Positions 32,151-41,422 of a stretch of 64,000 nucleotides of DNA are shown piece after piece; within the stretch, counting starts at the first letter, position 1, and each line of letters opens with the position of its first letter. The position numbers and the translations under genes are program-made. The stretch is from an uncultured Candidatus Binatia bacterium (GTDB lineage: Bacteria > Desulfobacterota > Binatia > UBA9968 > JAJDTQ01), in the NCBI GenBank assembly GCA_965215605.1, contig OZ244070.1, positions 96,001 to 160,000 on the forward strand, written 5' to 3'. Under the pieces are notes generated by a model that did not search any database, had not been told where the DNA came from, and saw only the letters and a list, made by a program, of their open reading frames with translations.

Positions 32151-32156
32151 TGTCAA
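32128..32156 (-). promoter_or_regulatory. sigma70 promoter of nrdJ
   Basis: TTGACA-17nt-TATTGT; spacer is occupied by the strong NrdR box. Confidence 0.75.
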
Positions 32157-32264
32157 GAACAACCTTCCGAGAAATTCCGGGCCGGGGGCTTGATGCCGCG
32201 CCGCGCCTGCGGCTATGCTGAACCCTGTAACAGCCGCCCGCGCCCGGCGGCAGGCATTGGAACC

Positions 32265-32702
32265 ATGGAACGACTCGGCGACATTCTCCACCGCACGGTG
32301 CGGCGGCTGCCGCTCAAGCGGAAGCTCGACGACTACGCCATCTGGGATATCTGGGAAGAGACCGTGGGCGCCACGGTGGCCCGCAACGCCCGGCCCGAGA
32401 AGATCCGCAACGGCACGCTCTTCGTCAAGGTCCGGGCCGCCGCCTGGATGCAGCAACTCCAGTACATGAAGGACATTCTCCTGGAAAAGCTCAACCAGCG
32501 GCTTGAGCGCGAGGCGGTCCGGAACATCTTCTTCGTGGTCGGCGAGTTTCCGCTCGACACGCCGCCCGAAAGCCCGGAAGGGCCGGCCCCAGCGGTGGAC
32601 ACCGCACGGCTGCCGGAACGCGAACTGGGCGGCATCGACGATCCCGAACTCCGGGATACCCTGCGGAGCCTGCTGCTGAACCACTTGCGGAAACGGGGGT
32701 AG
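32265..32702 (+). CDS. DUF721 / DciA family protein
   Basis: IWEETVG..VARNARPEKIRNGTLFVKV...W.QQLQY. Confidence 0.85.
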   Translation: MERLGDILHRTVRRLPLKRKLDDYAIWDIWEETVGATVARNARPEKIRNGTLFVKVRAAAWMQQLQYMKDILLEKLNQRLEREAVRNIFFVVGEFPLDTPPESPEGPAPAVDTARLPERELGGIDDPELRDTLRSLLLNHLRKRG

Positions 32703-32761
32703 GCTTCTGTGGACAAGGTATGGCCCATTCAAATTTGAACGCGCCATACCTTCACGCCGGC

Positions 32762-33493
32762 CTACCTCCCGGCCCTCAGCAATCCCGCCATCTCGTCCGT
32801 GTACTCGTCCTCCCGCCGATAGATGACCAGCGGAGGCAGCACCGTCAGGCTCGGGCGGGCGCCCTTGACGCCCTCGGCGAGGACCAGGGCGGCGGGGTCG
32901 CCGGCAAACGAATGCACGAACCGCGCGCGCCTGGGCTCGAGGCCGTGCTGGCGCATGGCCGAGAACAGATCCACCGCCCTTTCCGACGGATAGACCAGAT
33001 ACATCCGTCCCCGGTGCCGCAGCAGCCATGCCCCGGCGCGAAGGAAGTCCGCCAGCGTTCCCTCCACCTCGTGCCGGGCCACCAGCCGCTCCCGGTCGGG
33101 ATTCACCCGGCCGCTCCGGCGCGCCCGGTACGGCGGATTGCACACCGCCGCGTCGAAGCTCCCGGACGTTAGCTCCGTTGCCAGGTCGCGCACGTCCCCC
33201 CGCACCATGCGGACCCGTTCCCCGAGGCCGTTCAGCACCGCGGCCCGAGCCGCCCGGTCGACCATGTCCTCCTGCAGTTCCACGCCCACGGCCTCCACCC
33301 CGCCCTTCAGCACCGCAAGTGACAGGGCAAGAACGCCATTGCCGGTCCCGAGGTCGACGATCCGCTCCCGCCCGCGCACCTCCACGAAACGCGCCAGCAA
33401 TAGCGAGTCCAGCGCGAACCGGTAGCCCCCGCGCCGCTGAATGACGGCGACGCGGCCGTCGAACACCCTGTCGATGGTTTCCCGTGTGTTCAT
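32762..33493 (-). CDS. tRNA1(Val) (adenine(37)-N6)-methyltransferase-like SAM methyltransferase
   Basis: GYRFALDSLLL, DLGTGNG, NPPY, ARHE. Confidence 0.85.
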   Translation of the reverse strand: MNTRETIDRVFDGRVAVIQRRGGYRFALDSLLLARFVEVRGRERIVDLGTGNGVLALSLAVLKGGVEAVGVELQEDMVDRAARAAVLNGLGERVRMVRGDVRDLATELTSGSFDAAVCNPPYRARRSGRVNPDRERLVARHEVEGTLADFLRAGAWLLRHRGRMYLVYPSERAVDLFSAMRQHGLEPRRARFVHSFAGDPAALVLAEGVKGARPSLTVLPPLVIYRREDEYTDEMAGLLRAGR

Positions 33494-33557
33494 GGCGAGG
33501 CTGCGGCCTTACGGTAGTTGGCCGATCCGGATTTCTCGTCTATCCTGTTGGAATTCG

Positions 33558-34328
33558 ATGATCGCACTCCTCGCAAACATCGGCGGACGGACCCTTAGCT
33601 ACCTGGCGGGCATGGGCGCGGGCGTGACCTTTCTCGGCTCCGCCCTGGCCTGGGCGGCGCGGCCGCCCGCCAAGATCCGTCTCATCATACAACAAATCCG
33701 CGCCATCGGGGTGGACTCGCTGCTGGTGGTGCTGCTCTCCGGCCTCTTCACCGGCATGGTGCTGGGGCTCCAGGGGTACTACAGCCTGCGGCAGTTCAAC
33801 GCCGAGAGCTTCCTGGGCGCGATGGTGGCCCTGAGCCTGCTGCGGGAGCTCGGTCCGGTGCTGTCCGCCTTCATGGTCACCGGCAGGACCGGCTCCGCCA
33901 TGGCGGCGGAGCTGGCCTCCATGCGGGTCACCGAGCAGATCGACGCCATGCATTCCATGGCCCTCAATCCGGTCAAGTACCTGGTGTCGCCCCGCGTCGT
34001 CGCGGGCGTCATCGCCATGCCGCTCCTGACCAGCATATTCAACGTCATCGGCATCTGGGGCGCCTACCTCGTCGGCGTCGGCCTGCTGGACCTGGGCTCG
34101 GGCAGCTACATCTCCGGCATGGAACAGGCCGTGCAACTCCGTGACGTGGTCGAAGGGCTGATCAAGTCCGCAACCTTCGGGCTCATCATTTCCTGGGTGT
34201 GCTGCTACAAGGGGTTCCATGCGCTCCCCATGGCCACGGGGGTGGGCCGGGCCACCACCGAAGCGGTGGTGCTCTCGTTCGTCCTGATTCTGGTGTCGGA
34301 CTACTTCCTCACCTCGGTGATGCTGTAG
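33558..34328 (+). CDS. mlaE: Lipid asymmetry ABC transporter permease
   Basis: RELGPVL, GRTGSAMAAELASMRVTEQIDA, GVGRATT. Confidence 0.93.
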   Translation: MIALLANIGGRTLSYLAGMGAGVTFLGSALAWAARPPAKIRLIIQQIRAIGVDSLLVVLLSGLFTGMVLGLQGYYSLRQFNAESFLGAMVALSLLRELGPVLSAFMVTGRTGSAMAAELASMRVTEQIDAMHSMALNPVKYLVSPRVVAGVIAMPLLTSIFNVIGIWGAYLVGVGLLDLGSGSYISGMEQAVQLRDVVEGLIKSATFGLIISWVCCYKGFHALPMATGVGRATTEAVVLSFVLILVSDYFLTSVML

Positions 34329-34337
34329 GGGCCTGTC

Positions 34338-35084
34338 ATGATCGAAGTCATCGACGTCCACAAGAACTTCTCCCATCAGGAGGTCCTCAAGGGCACCAAC
34401 CTGACCATCGAGGAGGGCGGCATCACGACGATCATCGGCGGCAGCGGCTCCGGCAAGACCGTGCTGCTGAAGACCATGATCGCGCTGCTGCTCCCCGACC
34501 GGGGACAGGTCCGGGTGGACGGGACGGACATCACCCGGCTGGGAGAGAAACCCCTTAACGAAGTCCGGCAGAAGTTCGGCTTCCTGTTCCAGGGCGCCGC
34601 GCTGCTGGATTCCATGACGATCTTCGACAACGTGGCCTTCCCGCTGCGGGAAAGGACGCCGCTCGGCGAGGACGCCATCGGCGCCAAGGTCAGGGAGCGG
34701 CTGGATCAGGTGGGGCTCAAGGACATGGGCTACAAGTACCCGGCGGAAGTGAGCGGCGGCATGAAGAAACGGGCCGGATTCGCCCGGGCGCTGGTGACCG
34801 ACCCGGAGATCGTGCTGTTCGACGAGCCCACCACCGGCCTCGATCCGCTGCTGGGCAAGAGCATCCACCAACTCATCGCGGACATGCAAAGCCGGGTCGG
34901 GTTCACGGGCGTGGTCGTGAGCCACGACATTCCGGCAGTCTTTACAATATCCCACCGCGTGGCTATGTTGGCCGATGGAGTGATCGCCGACAGCGGCCCC
35001 ACCGAGGAGTTCCTCAAGTCATCCAACCCGGCGGTACGGCGGTTCCTGAACAGCGACGCATCGGAAGCGACGGACGCGGTATGA
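34338..35084 (+). CDS. mlaF: Lipid asymmetry ABC transporter ATP-binding protein
   Basis: GGSGSGKT, LFQGAALLDS, SGGMKKR, DEPTTGLDP. Confidence 0.92.
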   Translation: MIEVIDVHKNFSHQEVLKGTNLTIEEGGITTIIGGSGSGKTVLLKTMIALLLPDRGQVRVDGTDITRLGEKPLNEVRQKFGFLFQGAALLDSMTIFDNVAFPLRERTPLGEDAIGAKVRERLDQVGLKDMGYKYPAEVSGGMKKRAGFARALVTDPEIVLFDEPTTGLDPLLGKSIHQLIADMQSRVGFTGVVVSHDIPAVFTISHRVAMLADGVIADSGPTEEFLKSSNPAVRRFLNSDASEATDAV

Positions 35085-35536
35085 ACCACAGAGCTACGGA
35101 AATCATCGTGGGGACCTTCGTGGTGGCGGGCCTCCTCTGCCTGGGCTACCTCGCCATCAAACTCGGCAAGCTCGACGCCTTCGGCAATTCCGGATACGTG
35201 CTGTACGCCGACTTCGCCAGCGTGGCCGGACTCCGGCGCGGGGACGTGGTGGAGATCGCCGGCGTCAGCGTCGGCCGGGTGGATTCCATGGCCCTGGTGG
35301 AAGACCGCGCGCGCCTGACCCTGCGGATCAACCCGGGCGTGGCCGTCCAGGAAGACGCCATCGCCTCCGTCCGGGCCAGGGGCCTCATCGGCGACAAGTT
35401 CATCTCCATCTCGCCGGGCGCGTCCGACCGGATCATCCCGTCCGGCGGCAAGATCCGCGAGACCGAGTCGCCGCCCGACATCACCGACCTCATCGGCAAG
35501 ATGATCGGCGGCAACGTCACGGAAGGCGCGCCCTAG
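35081..35536 (+). CDS. mlaD: MCE-domain lipid asymmetry protein
   Basis: VEIAGVSVGRV, GLIGDKFISISPG. Confidence 0.92.
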   Translation: MNHRATEIIVGTFVVAGLLCLGYLAIKLGKLDAFGNSGYVLYADFASVAGLRRGDVVEIAGVSVGRVDSMALVEDRARLTLRINPGVAVQEDAIASVRARGLIGDKFISISPGASDRIIPSGGKIRETESPPDITDLIGKMIGGNVTEGAP

Positions 35537-35542
35537 CGTCGC

Positions 35543-36844
35543 ATGCCCTTCAAGAACGTCATTCAAAACTGCCGGAGCTATCTTTCGTTCCACGGCTGGC
35601 GGATGGTGCTGGTGGGCTGCCTCTTCCGGTTTCTCGGCGGCGGCTTCCACTTCTACGGCTTTACCGTCTTCGTCTCGCCGCTGGAAAAAGACCTGGGCAT
35701 CACTCGCCGCGCCACCAACCTCATATTCGGTCTGGCCCGGGCCGAGGGCGCCATCGAAGGCCCTCTCGCGGGATATCTCATCGACCGTATCGGGCCGCGG
35801 CCCATCATGATGATCGCGGTCCTGCTCACCGGCCTGGGTTACATCGTGTGCTCCTGGGTCGAGTCCTACTGGGCCTTCCTGGTCATCTACCTGGGGGTGG
35901 TCTCGCTGGCCTTCGGCGCCGGCTTCATGCACTGCCCGATGGTGCTGGCCAATAGCTGGTTCGTCCGTTTCCGCGCCAGGGCCATGGCGCTGGTGAGCTG
36001 CTCCATCGGCATCGGCGGCGCCTTGCTGGCGCCGGTACTTGCATACGTGGTCTACTACTTCGGCTGGCGTTGGGGGATGGTGTTCGCCGGCACCGTGTTC
36101 CTCGCGCTGGGCACGCCGCTGGCGGCCGTGGTGCGGCGATCGCCCGAGGACATGGGGTTGGTGCCGGACGGCGACTATGCCGCGCGCACCTCTCAAACCT
36201 CGGACCGGCCGTCAGCCGGCGGCGTGGCGGCGGCCGAGCCCGACGTAGGCATCTGGGAGGCCCTTCGCGGCGCTCCTTTCTGGCTCCTCGTCGCTTCGAC
36301 TCTCTTCCGGGTGTTGGGCCTCAGCACCGTCATCGTCAATTTCGTGCAAATCCTCGAATGGAAAGGCGTGGGAGCCCTGGCGGCAAGCTGGTTCCTGGGC
36401 GTATTCGCGGCGCTGTCCCTTCCGACGCACCTCGCGGTGGGCTGGCTGGCGGACCGGCTGGACAAGGCGAGGGTCATGGCCGTCTGCATGCTGATCGCCG
36501 CCGCCGCCCTGGTGCTGCTCACCTACTCCCGGGGCACGCTGTTGATCTGGCTCTTCCTTCCCCTGTTCTCCCTCGTGGAAGCCGTCTTTCCGGTGACATG
36601 GGCCATGGTCGGGGAGTTGTATGGCCGCCGCAGCTTCGCCAAGGTGCGCGGCAACATGGGCTTCTTCTACCAATGGGGCGGCATGATCGGACCCTACCTG
36701 GCGGGCGCCATCTACGACGCGACCCACAGCTACAAGCCCGCGCTCCTGGGGATGGCCGGCCTGTACGTGCTCTCGGCCGTCCTCTACCTGCTGCTCGGCA
36801 GGACCCGGCTCGCACGGATGCGGGCCGCCTCCCAGGCCTCGTAG
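35543..36844 (+). CDS. MFS transporter (OFA/MCT-like)
   Basis: GYLIDRIGPR, NSWFVRFRARA, PEDMGLVPDG, GWLADR. Confidence 0.9.
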   Translation: MPFKNVIQNCRSYLSFHGWRMVLVGCLFRFLGGGFHFYGFTVFVSPLEKDLGITRRATNLIFGLARAEGAIEGPLAGYLIDRIGPRPIMMIAVLLTGLGYIVCSWVESYWAFLVIYLGVVSLAFGAGFMHCPMVLANSWFVRFRARAMALVSCSIGIGGALLAPVLAYVVYYFGWRWGMVFAGTVFLALGTPLAAVVRRSPEDMGLVPDGDYAARTSQTSDRPSAGGVAAAEPDVGIWEALRGAPFWLLVASTLFRVLGLSTVIVNFVQILEWKGVGALAASWFLGVFAALSLPTHLAVGWLADRLDKARVMAVCMLIAAAALVLLTYSRGTLLIWLFLPLFSLVEAVFPVTWAMVGELYGRRSFAKVRGNMGFFYQWGGMIGPYLAGAIYDATHSYKPALLGMAGLYVLSAVLYLLLGRTRLARMRAASQAS

Positions 36845-36878
36845 CCGGACGCCTTCATCCCCCCACCGGACCGCCAAC

Positions 36879-37742
36879 TCATCCTCCCAGTGAGATGGCC
36901 GCGGTGCCCGTGATGACGCAGACGGCGCCGGCGATCGTCTGGGGCCGGACCTGCTCCAGGTCCCGGAGGAAGATGACGGTTCCCAGCAGCACCCACAGCG
37001 GGCTGATGCCCACCAGCGGGGAGACCGTAATCACGCTGCCGATGCCCAGGGCGGTGATCACCAACAGGATACCGCAGGTCTCGGCGGTTCCGGCCGCCAG
37101 GAATGGCAGCATGGCGCGCCGGTGCCACACCAGCGGCTCACGGCTGAACGGGGTGTAGACGAGGAAACACGCGAGCGAGACGACCCCCACCAGGGCGGCA
37201 AAGAACAACGGCTCGTGGGAAATGGACAGCGCGTAGCGGCGCATGGGATGGACGATGCCCGCCAGCAGCGCGGCGGTGAGCGGGAACAGGAATTCCCACC
37301 AGCGGAACGACCGCACCTCCGCGGCCCGCTTCCAGGTGATGAGCACGATGCCGCACACCACCGAGACCACGCCGGCGAGGATCACCAGGTTGGCGTTCTC
37401 GCCCAGCACCATGATGGCGATGCACACGCCGAACATGGGATGCGTCGACCGGATGGGGCCGCTGCGGGCGGCGCCGACCCTTTGCACGCCGGTGTAGGTG
37501 CACAGGCGGATGATGGGCTGGAGCATGCCGGCGACGACGAAAACGTAGACCGCCACGGCATCCACCCGGGGAATCCCGCCGGTGAGAAACACCGCGGTCC
37601 AGGTGCTGACCGTGTGGACGATCAGCGAGATCAGGGTCACGGTCTTGGGAGTCGAGAACTGCATGCCCCGGCGCGAGGTCACCAGCACGCAGGCATAGGA
37701 CAGGGAGGCGCAGAGGGCGATGACCTGGGGAGGTATGGACAT
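36879..37742 (-). CDS. EamA/DMT family transporter
   Basis: About 10 TM, duplicated pattern, FLRDLEQV. Confidence 0.88.
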   Translation of the reverse strand: MSIPPQVIALCASLSYACVLVTSRRGMQFSTPKTVTLISLIVHTVSTWTAVFLTGGIPRVDAVAVYVFVVAGMLQPIIRLCTYTGVQRVGAARSGPIRSTHPMFGVCIAIMVLGENANLVILAGVVSVVCGIVLITWKRAAEVRSFRWWEFLFPLTAALLAGIVHPMRRYALSISHEPLFFAALVGVVSLACFLVYTPFSREPLVWHRRAMLPFLAAGTAETCGILLVITALGIGSVITVSPLVGISPLWVLLGTVIFLRDLEQVRPQTIAGAVCVITGTAAISLGG

Positions 37743-37765
37743 GTCGGGGCGTTCTCTCCCGCGGA

Positions 37766-38164
37766 CTATTCCCGGGAGACACCGGAACCGGAGTCCGGCC
37801 CGCCCTCCAGAGACAGCCGCGGGAGGCGCAACTCGGGAACCGCGCCCCTACTGGCGAACCACGCTTCGAGTGCGTTCAGATCGGCTCCGACGTTGGCCAG
37901 AAAATCCGTCACGTCGACGCCCAGACAGGCCGGCCGGTAGGGTTCGATCCTCCGAACGCCCGCGCGCAGCAGCTTGAGCGTGCCCAGCGGCACCTCCTGC
38001 TGCCACTTGAAGTAACCCGCGGCCACCTGAATAATGCCTTGGTAGAACTCGCGCTCGGGGCCGTGGTCCTCGAGCCAGATCTCCTCCAGGGTCTCGTGAG
38101 CCTGGTAGAAGAGTCCGCGGTTGAACTCGTCGATGCCCTTGAGGAAACGCGGATCGTGTTCCAT
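37766..38164 (-). CDS. DUF309 domain protein
   Basis: GIDEFNRGLFYQAHETLEEIW...FYQGIIQVAAG. Confidence 0.88.
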   Translation of the reverse strand: MEHDPRFLKGIDEFNRGLFYQAHETLEEIWLEDHGPEREFYQGIIQVAAGYFKWQQEVPLGTLKLLRAGVRRIEPYRPACLGVDVTDFLANVGADLNALEAWFASRGAVPELRLPRLSLEGGPDSGSGVSRE

Positions 38165-38333
38165 GGCGTGAAGGCGGCCTCCCATGCCGCGCGGCGACAA
38201 GCCGCTTGAACCCTCAATACGTAGCCGATATCAATGACTTGTCAAAGGAACACGGAGCCCACTGTCGCCGGCGGTGACGCGGCATTGCACCGCCTCTCAT
38301 GTCCGTTGGGGTGAGTCGTCCGGAAACAACGCA

Positions 38334-39626
38334 ATGACGGACTACCCCATCCTCACCATCGATTCCCTGATTCACGGCCCCTGGGGGCTCGGGCGGGACC
38401 AGGGCAAGGTGGTCCTGGTCCCCATGACGGCACCGGGCGACCAGGTGTCGGCGGAAGTGGTGGAGGAGCACAAGCGGCACTCGGTGGCCCGGACGGTGTC
38501 GCTCCTGCGCCCGTCGCCCGTACGCCGGGAACCGCCCTGCCCCTACGCCGGGACCTGCGGCGGCTGCGCATGGCAGCAGGTGTCCTACGAGGCGCAACTC
38601 CACGCCAAGCAGCAAAACGTCGCCGACGCCCTGGCCCGGGTCGGGGGCATCAGCGGCTTCGATCCCCTGCCCATCCTGCCCGCGTCGCAGGAGTTCCACT
38701 ACCGGCGGCGCATCGCTCTCCAGGTCGACGACCGCCGCAGGCTCGGGTTCCGCCGCGCGTTTTCGCGGGAGTTGGTGGAGGTGGACCATTGCCTCATCGC
38801 CGACCCGGACGCGGACCGCGGCATTCCGCTGGCGGCCGAATGGGTCGCACGGCTGGAAACCGAAGTCACGAGAGTCGAGATACTGAGCGGCGACCGCCCG
38901 GGCGAGGTGGTCCTGTCGGCCACCGCCCGCCACCGGCCGGGCGGCGCCGACGAACGTGCCTGCGAGGCGTCCGTAGCCGGCCCGGTGACGGGAATCGTCA
39001 TGGCGGGCCAAGGCTGGCGCCGGCAGTGGGGCGACACCACCGTCTCCTTCGTGGTGGACGGCGATCTGACATTGCGGCACGACGCCGGCACCTTCGGACA
39101 GGTCAACCCGGCGGGCAACCGGAAGCTGGTGGACGAGCTGCTTTCATGGGGCGCGTGGGGCGCGGAGGACAGCGTCCTGGAGCTCTACGCCGGCGCCGGC
39201 AACCTGACGCTTCCCGTGGCGCGCCGGGTCCAGCGGGTGATGGCGGTGGAAGGCCGCCGGCGACTTGTCGAGAACGGCAGGCGCAACGTCGCGGACAACG
39301 GTATCCGCAACATACGGTGGCGGGGGCAGGATGCCCTGGCGGCGGTGGAGGATTTCATCCGCCGCGGGCGCCGCTTCAACACCCTGGTACTCAATCCTCC
39401 CCGGGCCGGGGCCAAGGTGCTGGCCCCTAAACTGGCCGCGCTGGGGGCGGAAAGAATCCTTTACGTCTCGTGCGATCCGGCGACGCTGGCGCGGGACCTT
39501 CGTCAGATTACCGCCACGGGCTACACCCTGCGCCGGGTCCGCCCGGTGGATCTCTTTCCGCAGACCTTCCACGTCGAAACGTTGGCCGAACTGATCGCTT
39601 CCAAGCCGTCCGACCCGTCCACGTAG
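38334..39626 (+). CDS. rlmD: 23S rRNA (uracil-C5)-methyltransferase, TRAM + [4Fe-4S]
   Basis: CPYAGTCGGC, FGQVN, ELYAGAGN, NPPRAG, YVSCDPATLARD, DLFPQTFHVE. Confidence 0.88.
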   Translation: MTDYPILTIDSLIHGPWGLGRDQGKVVLVPMTAPGDQVSAEVVEEHKRHSVARTVSLLRPSPVRREPPCPYAGTCGGCAWQQVSYEAQLHAKQQNVADALARVGGISGFDPLPILPASQEFHYRRRIALQVDDRRRLGFRRAFSRELVEVDHCLIADPDADRGIPLAAEWVARLETEVTRVEILSGDRPGEVVLSATARHRPGGADERACEASVAGPVTGIVMAGQGWRRQWGDTTVSFVVDGDLTLRHDAGTFGQVNPAGNRKLVDELLSWGAWGAEDSVLELYAGAGNLTLPVARRVQRVMAVEGRRRLVENGRRNVADNGIRNIRWRGQDALAAVEDFIRRGRRFNTLVLNPPRAGAKVLAPKLAALGAERILYVSCDPATLARDLRQITATGYTLRRVRPVDLFPQTFHVETLAELIASKPSDPST

Positions 39627-39773
39627 CTGAACGAATGAGCCGTTTTTCGGGGGGTTACGGTTTGTATGTACATCTCTACTTGAAAGGAAATCGTGGCCGG
39701 GACGCGCCGTTACCCAAACTTCAGGGTTGAGTTGCGGACTCCAACTGGTGTAGAGTGTGCCGGGGAGGAAGAA

Positions 39774-40019
39774 ATGACCCAGCCGAAGAAAAGGGTAACT
39801 CCGAAGGTCACCATCATCGACAGCAACGGCGCCAGCCAGACGATCAACTACCTGCTCGAAGACCGGGACGAGCTCGAATGGCTGATGGCGGTGGGACGGA
39901 ACAAGAACGGTGACATCTTCTTTTACGACACCGGCGGCGACATTCTCCATGATCTCGGAGCGCTGGAGTACGTAAAGGAGCGGATTCTCAGGGACTACTT
40001 CGGCGAAATGGACGAGTAA
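39774..40019 (+). CDS. Small acidic hypothetical protein (81 aa)
   Basis: SD GGGGAGG, ATG at 39774, plausible codon usage. Confidence 0.65.
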   Translation: MTQPKKRVTPKVTIIDSNGASQTINYLLEDRDELEWLMAVGRNKNGDIFFYDTGGDILHDLGALEYVKERILRDYFGEMDE

Positions 40020-40047
40020 CCACTCCTGACGGCGGTGGCGGCGGGGC

Positions 40048-41412
40048 TCAGCGGTCCGGCTTCGCGGAACCCTGAAGACGCATCCACAGGAAGGCCGCGG
40101 CCGCCACGACCATCACCGCACTGAGATACTGCCCCCGGGACAGTCCCAGCGCCAGCCCCAGATGGGCGTCGGGTTCACGGAAGAACTCCACCATGAACCG
40201 GACGGCGCCGTAGCCGCCGATGAACGCCCAGGTCACGACGCCGTGTGCCCGCACCCGCGTTCCCAACCACAACAGCAGCGCCAGTAGAACCGCCCCCTCG
40301 AGAAACGCCTCGTAGAGCTGGGAGGGATGGCGCGGCAAGGGACCGCCGCCGGGAAAGACCATCGCCCACGGCACCTCCGTGGCGCGGCCGTACAACTCCC
40401 CGTTGATGAAGTTGCCGAGCCGGCCGAGTCCCAGGCCAAGGGGCGCGGCGGCGATGATGCAGTCCGCCGCGGGATAGAACGGCAAACCCTGCTTGCGCAC
40501 GTACCACCATCCCGCGAGCAGCGCCCCCAGCATGCCGCCGTGAAAGGACATGCCGCCGTGCCAAAAGGCGAAGATCTGTGACGGAGAGGCCAGATAATAC
40601 GAGAGATTATAGAAGATCACGTAGCCCAACCGGCCGCCCAGAACCACGCCGATGGCCACGTAGCTGATGAGCTCCACCAGTTGCTCGCTGCCGAGAGCGA
40701 GGCCTCTCCGGCGGGCCAGCCACAGGGCAATGAAATAGCCGCCGACGAACCCGAACAGGTACATGAGGCCGTACCACCGCACCGACAGCGGCCCGACCCG
40801 GAACGCCACGGGGTCGATGCGGGGAAAGGACCACGGCGCCGCCTCCACGGCTCCCCTGTCCACGACGGCCGTGCTCTCGATCTTCCCGTCCCCGAGCAGC
40901 GCGGCCACCAGCTCGCGCACGTCGTCCTTGTACCAGTCCTTGTATCCGATGGCCTTGGCGATGACCTCGCCCTTGCGTCCGATCAGCACGGACACCGGCA
41001 GCCGCATCACTCCGTACTGCTCGGCGATGTCGGCCTGTCTGTCCAGCAGCATCGGATAGGTCAGCTTCTGTTCGTCCGCGAACGCCCGCACCAGGTCTGG
41101 GGACTCCATGAAGTTCACCGCCACCACCTCCAGCCCCTTGCCGCGGAACTCCTGGTAGAGCCGCTCCATGGCCGGCATCTCCAGACGGCAGGGAGGGCAC
41201 CACGTCGCCCAGAAGTTCAGCAGCACCAGCTTGCCCCGGAAGGACGCGGCGTCGACACGGTTTCCGGCCGCGTCCTCGGTGGTGAAGCCGGGTGATTCGA
41301 CGAAGCCTTCCTGCACGAGGAAGCCGAGCTTCTTCAGGCGATCGTCCGCCGCCGCGCCCACGACCGCCGGGCAAAGCGCGATGAGAAGCAATGCGAGCAG
41401 ACAGCGTTTCAT
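40048..41412 (-). CDS. lgt: Fusion: signal peptide + TlpA-like thioredoxin domain + prolipoprotein diacylglyceryl transferase
   Basis: LNFWATWCPPC then PRIDPVAF..VRWYG, GGMSFHGG, GRLGNFINGELYGR, RHPSQLYE, EFFREPD in one ORF. Confidence 0.9.
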   Translation of the reverse strand: MKRCLLALLLIALCPAVVGAAADDRLKKLGFLVQEGFVESPGFTTEDAAGNRVDAASFRGKLVLLNFWATWCPPCRLEMPAMERLYQEFRGKGLEVVAVNFMESPDLVRAFADEQKLTYPMLLDRQADIAEQYGVMRLPVSVLIGRKGEVIAKAIGYKDWYKDDVRELVAALLGDGKIESTAVVDRGAVEAAPWSFPRIDPVAFRVGPLSVRWYGLMYLFGFVGGYFIALWLARRRGLALGSEQLVELISYVAIGVVLGGRLGYVIFYNLSYYLASPSQIFAFWHGGMSFHGGMLGALLAGWWYVRKQGLPFYPAADCIIAAAPLGLGLGRLGNFINGELYGRATEVPWAMVFPGGGPLPRHPSQLYEAFLEGAVLLALLLWLGTRVRAHGVVTWAFIGGYGAVRFMVEFFREPDAHLGLALGLSRGQYLSAVMVVAAAAFLWMRLQGSAKPDR

Positions 41413-41422
41413 GACCGTATGG

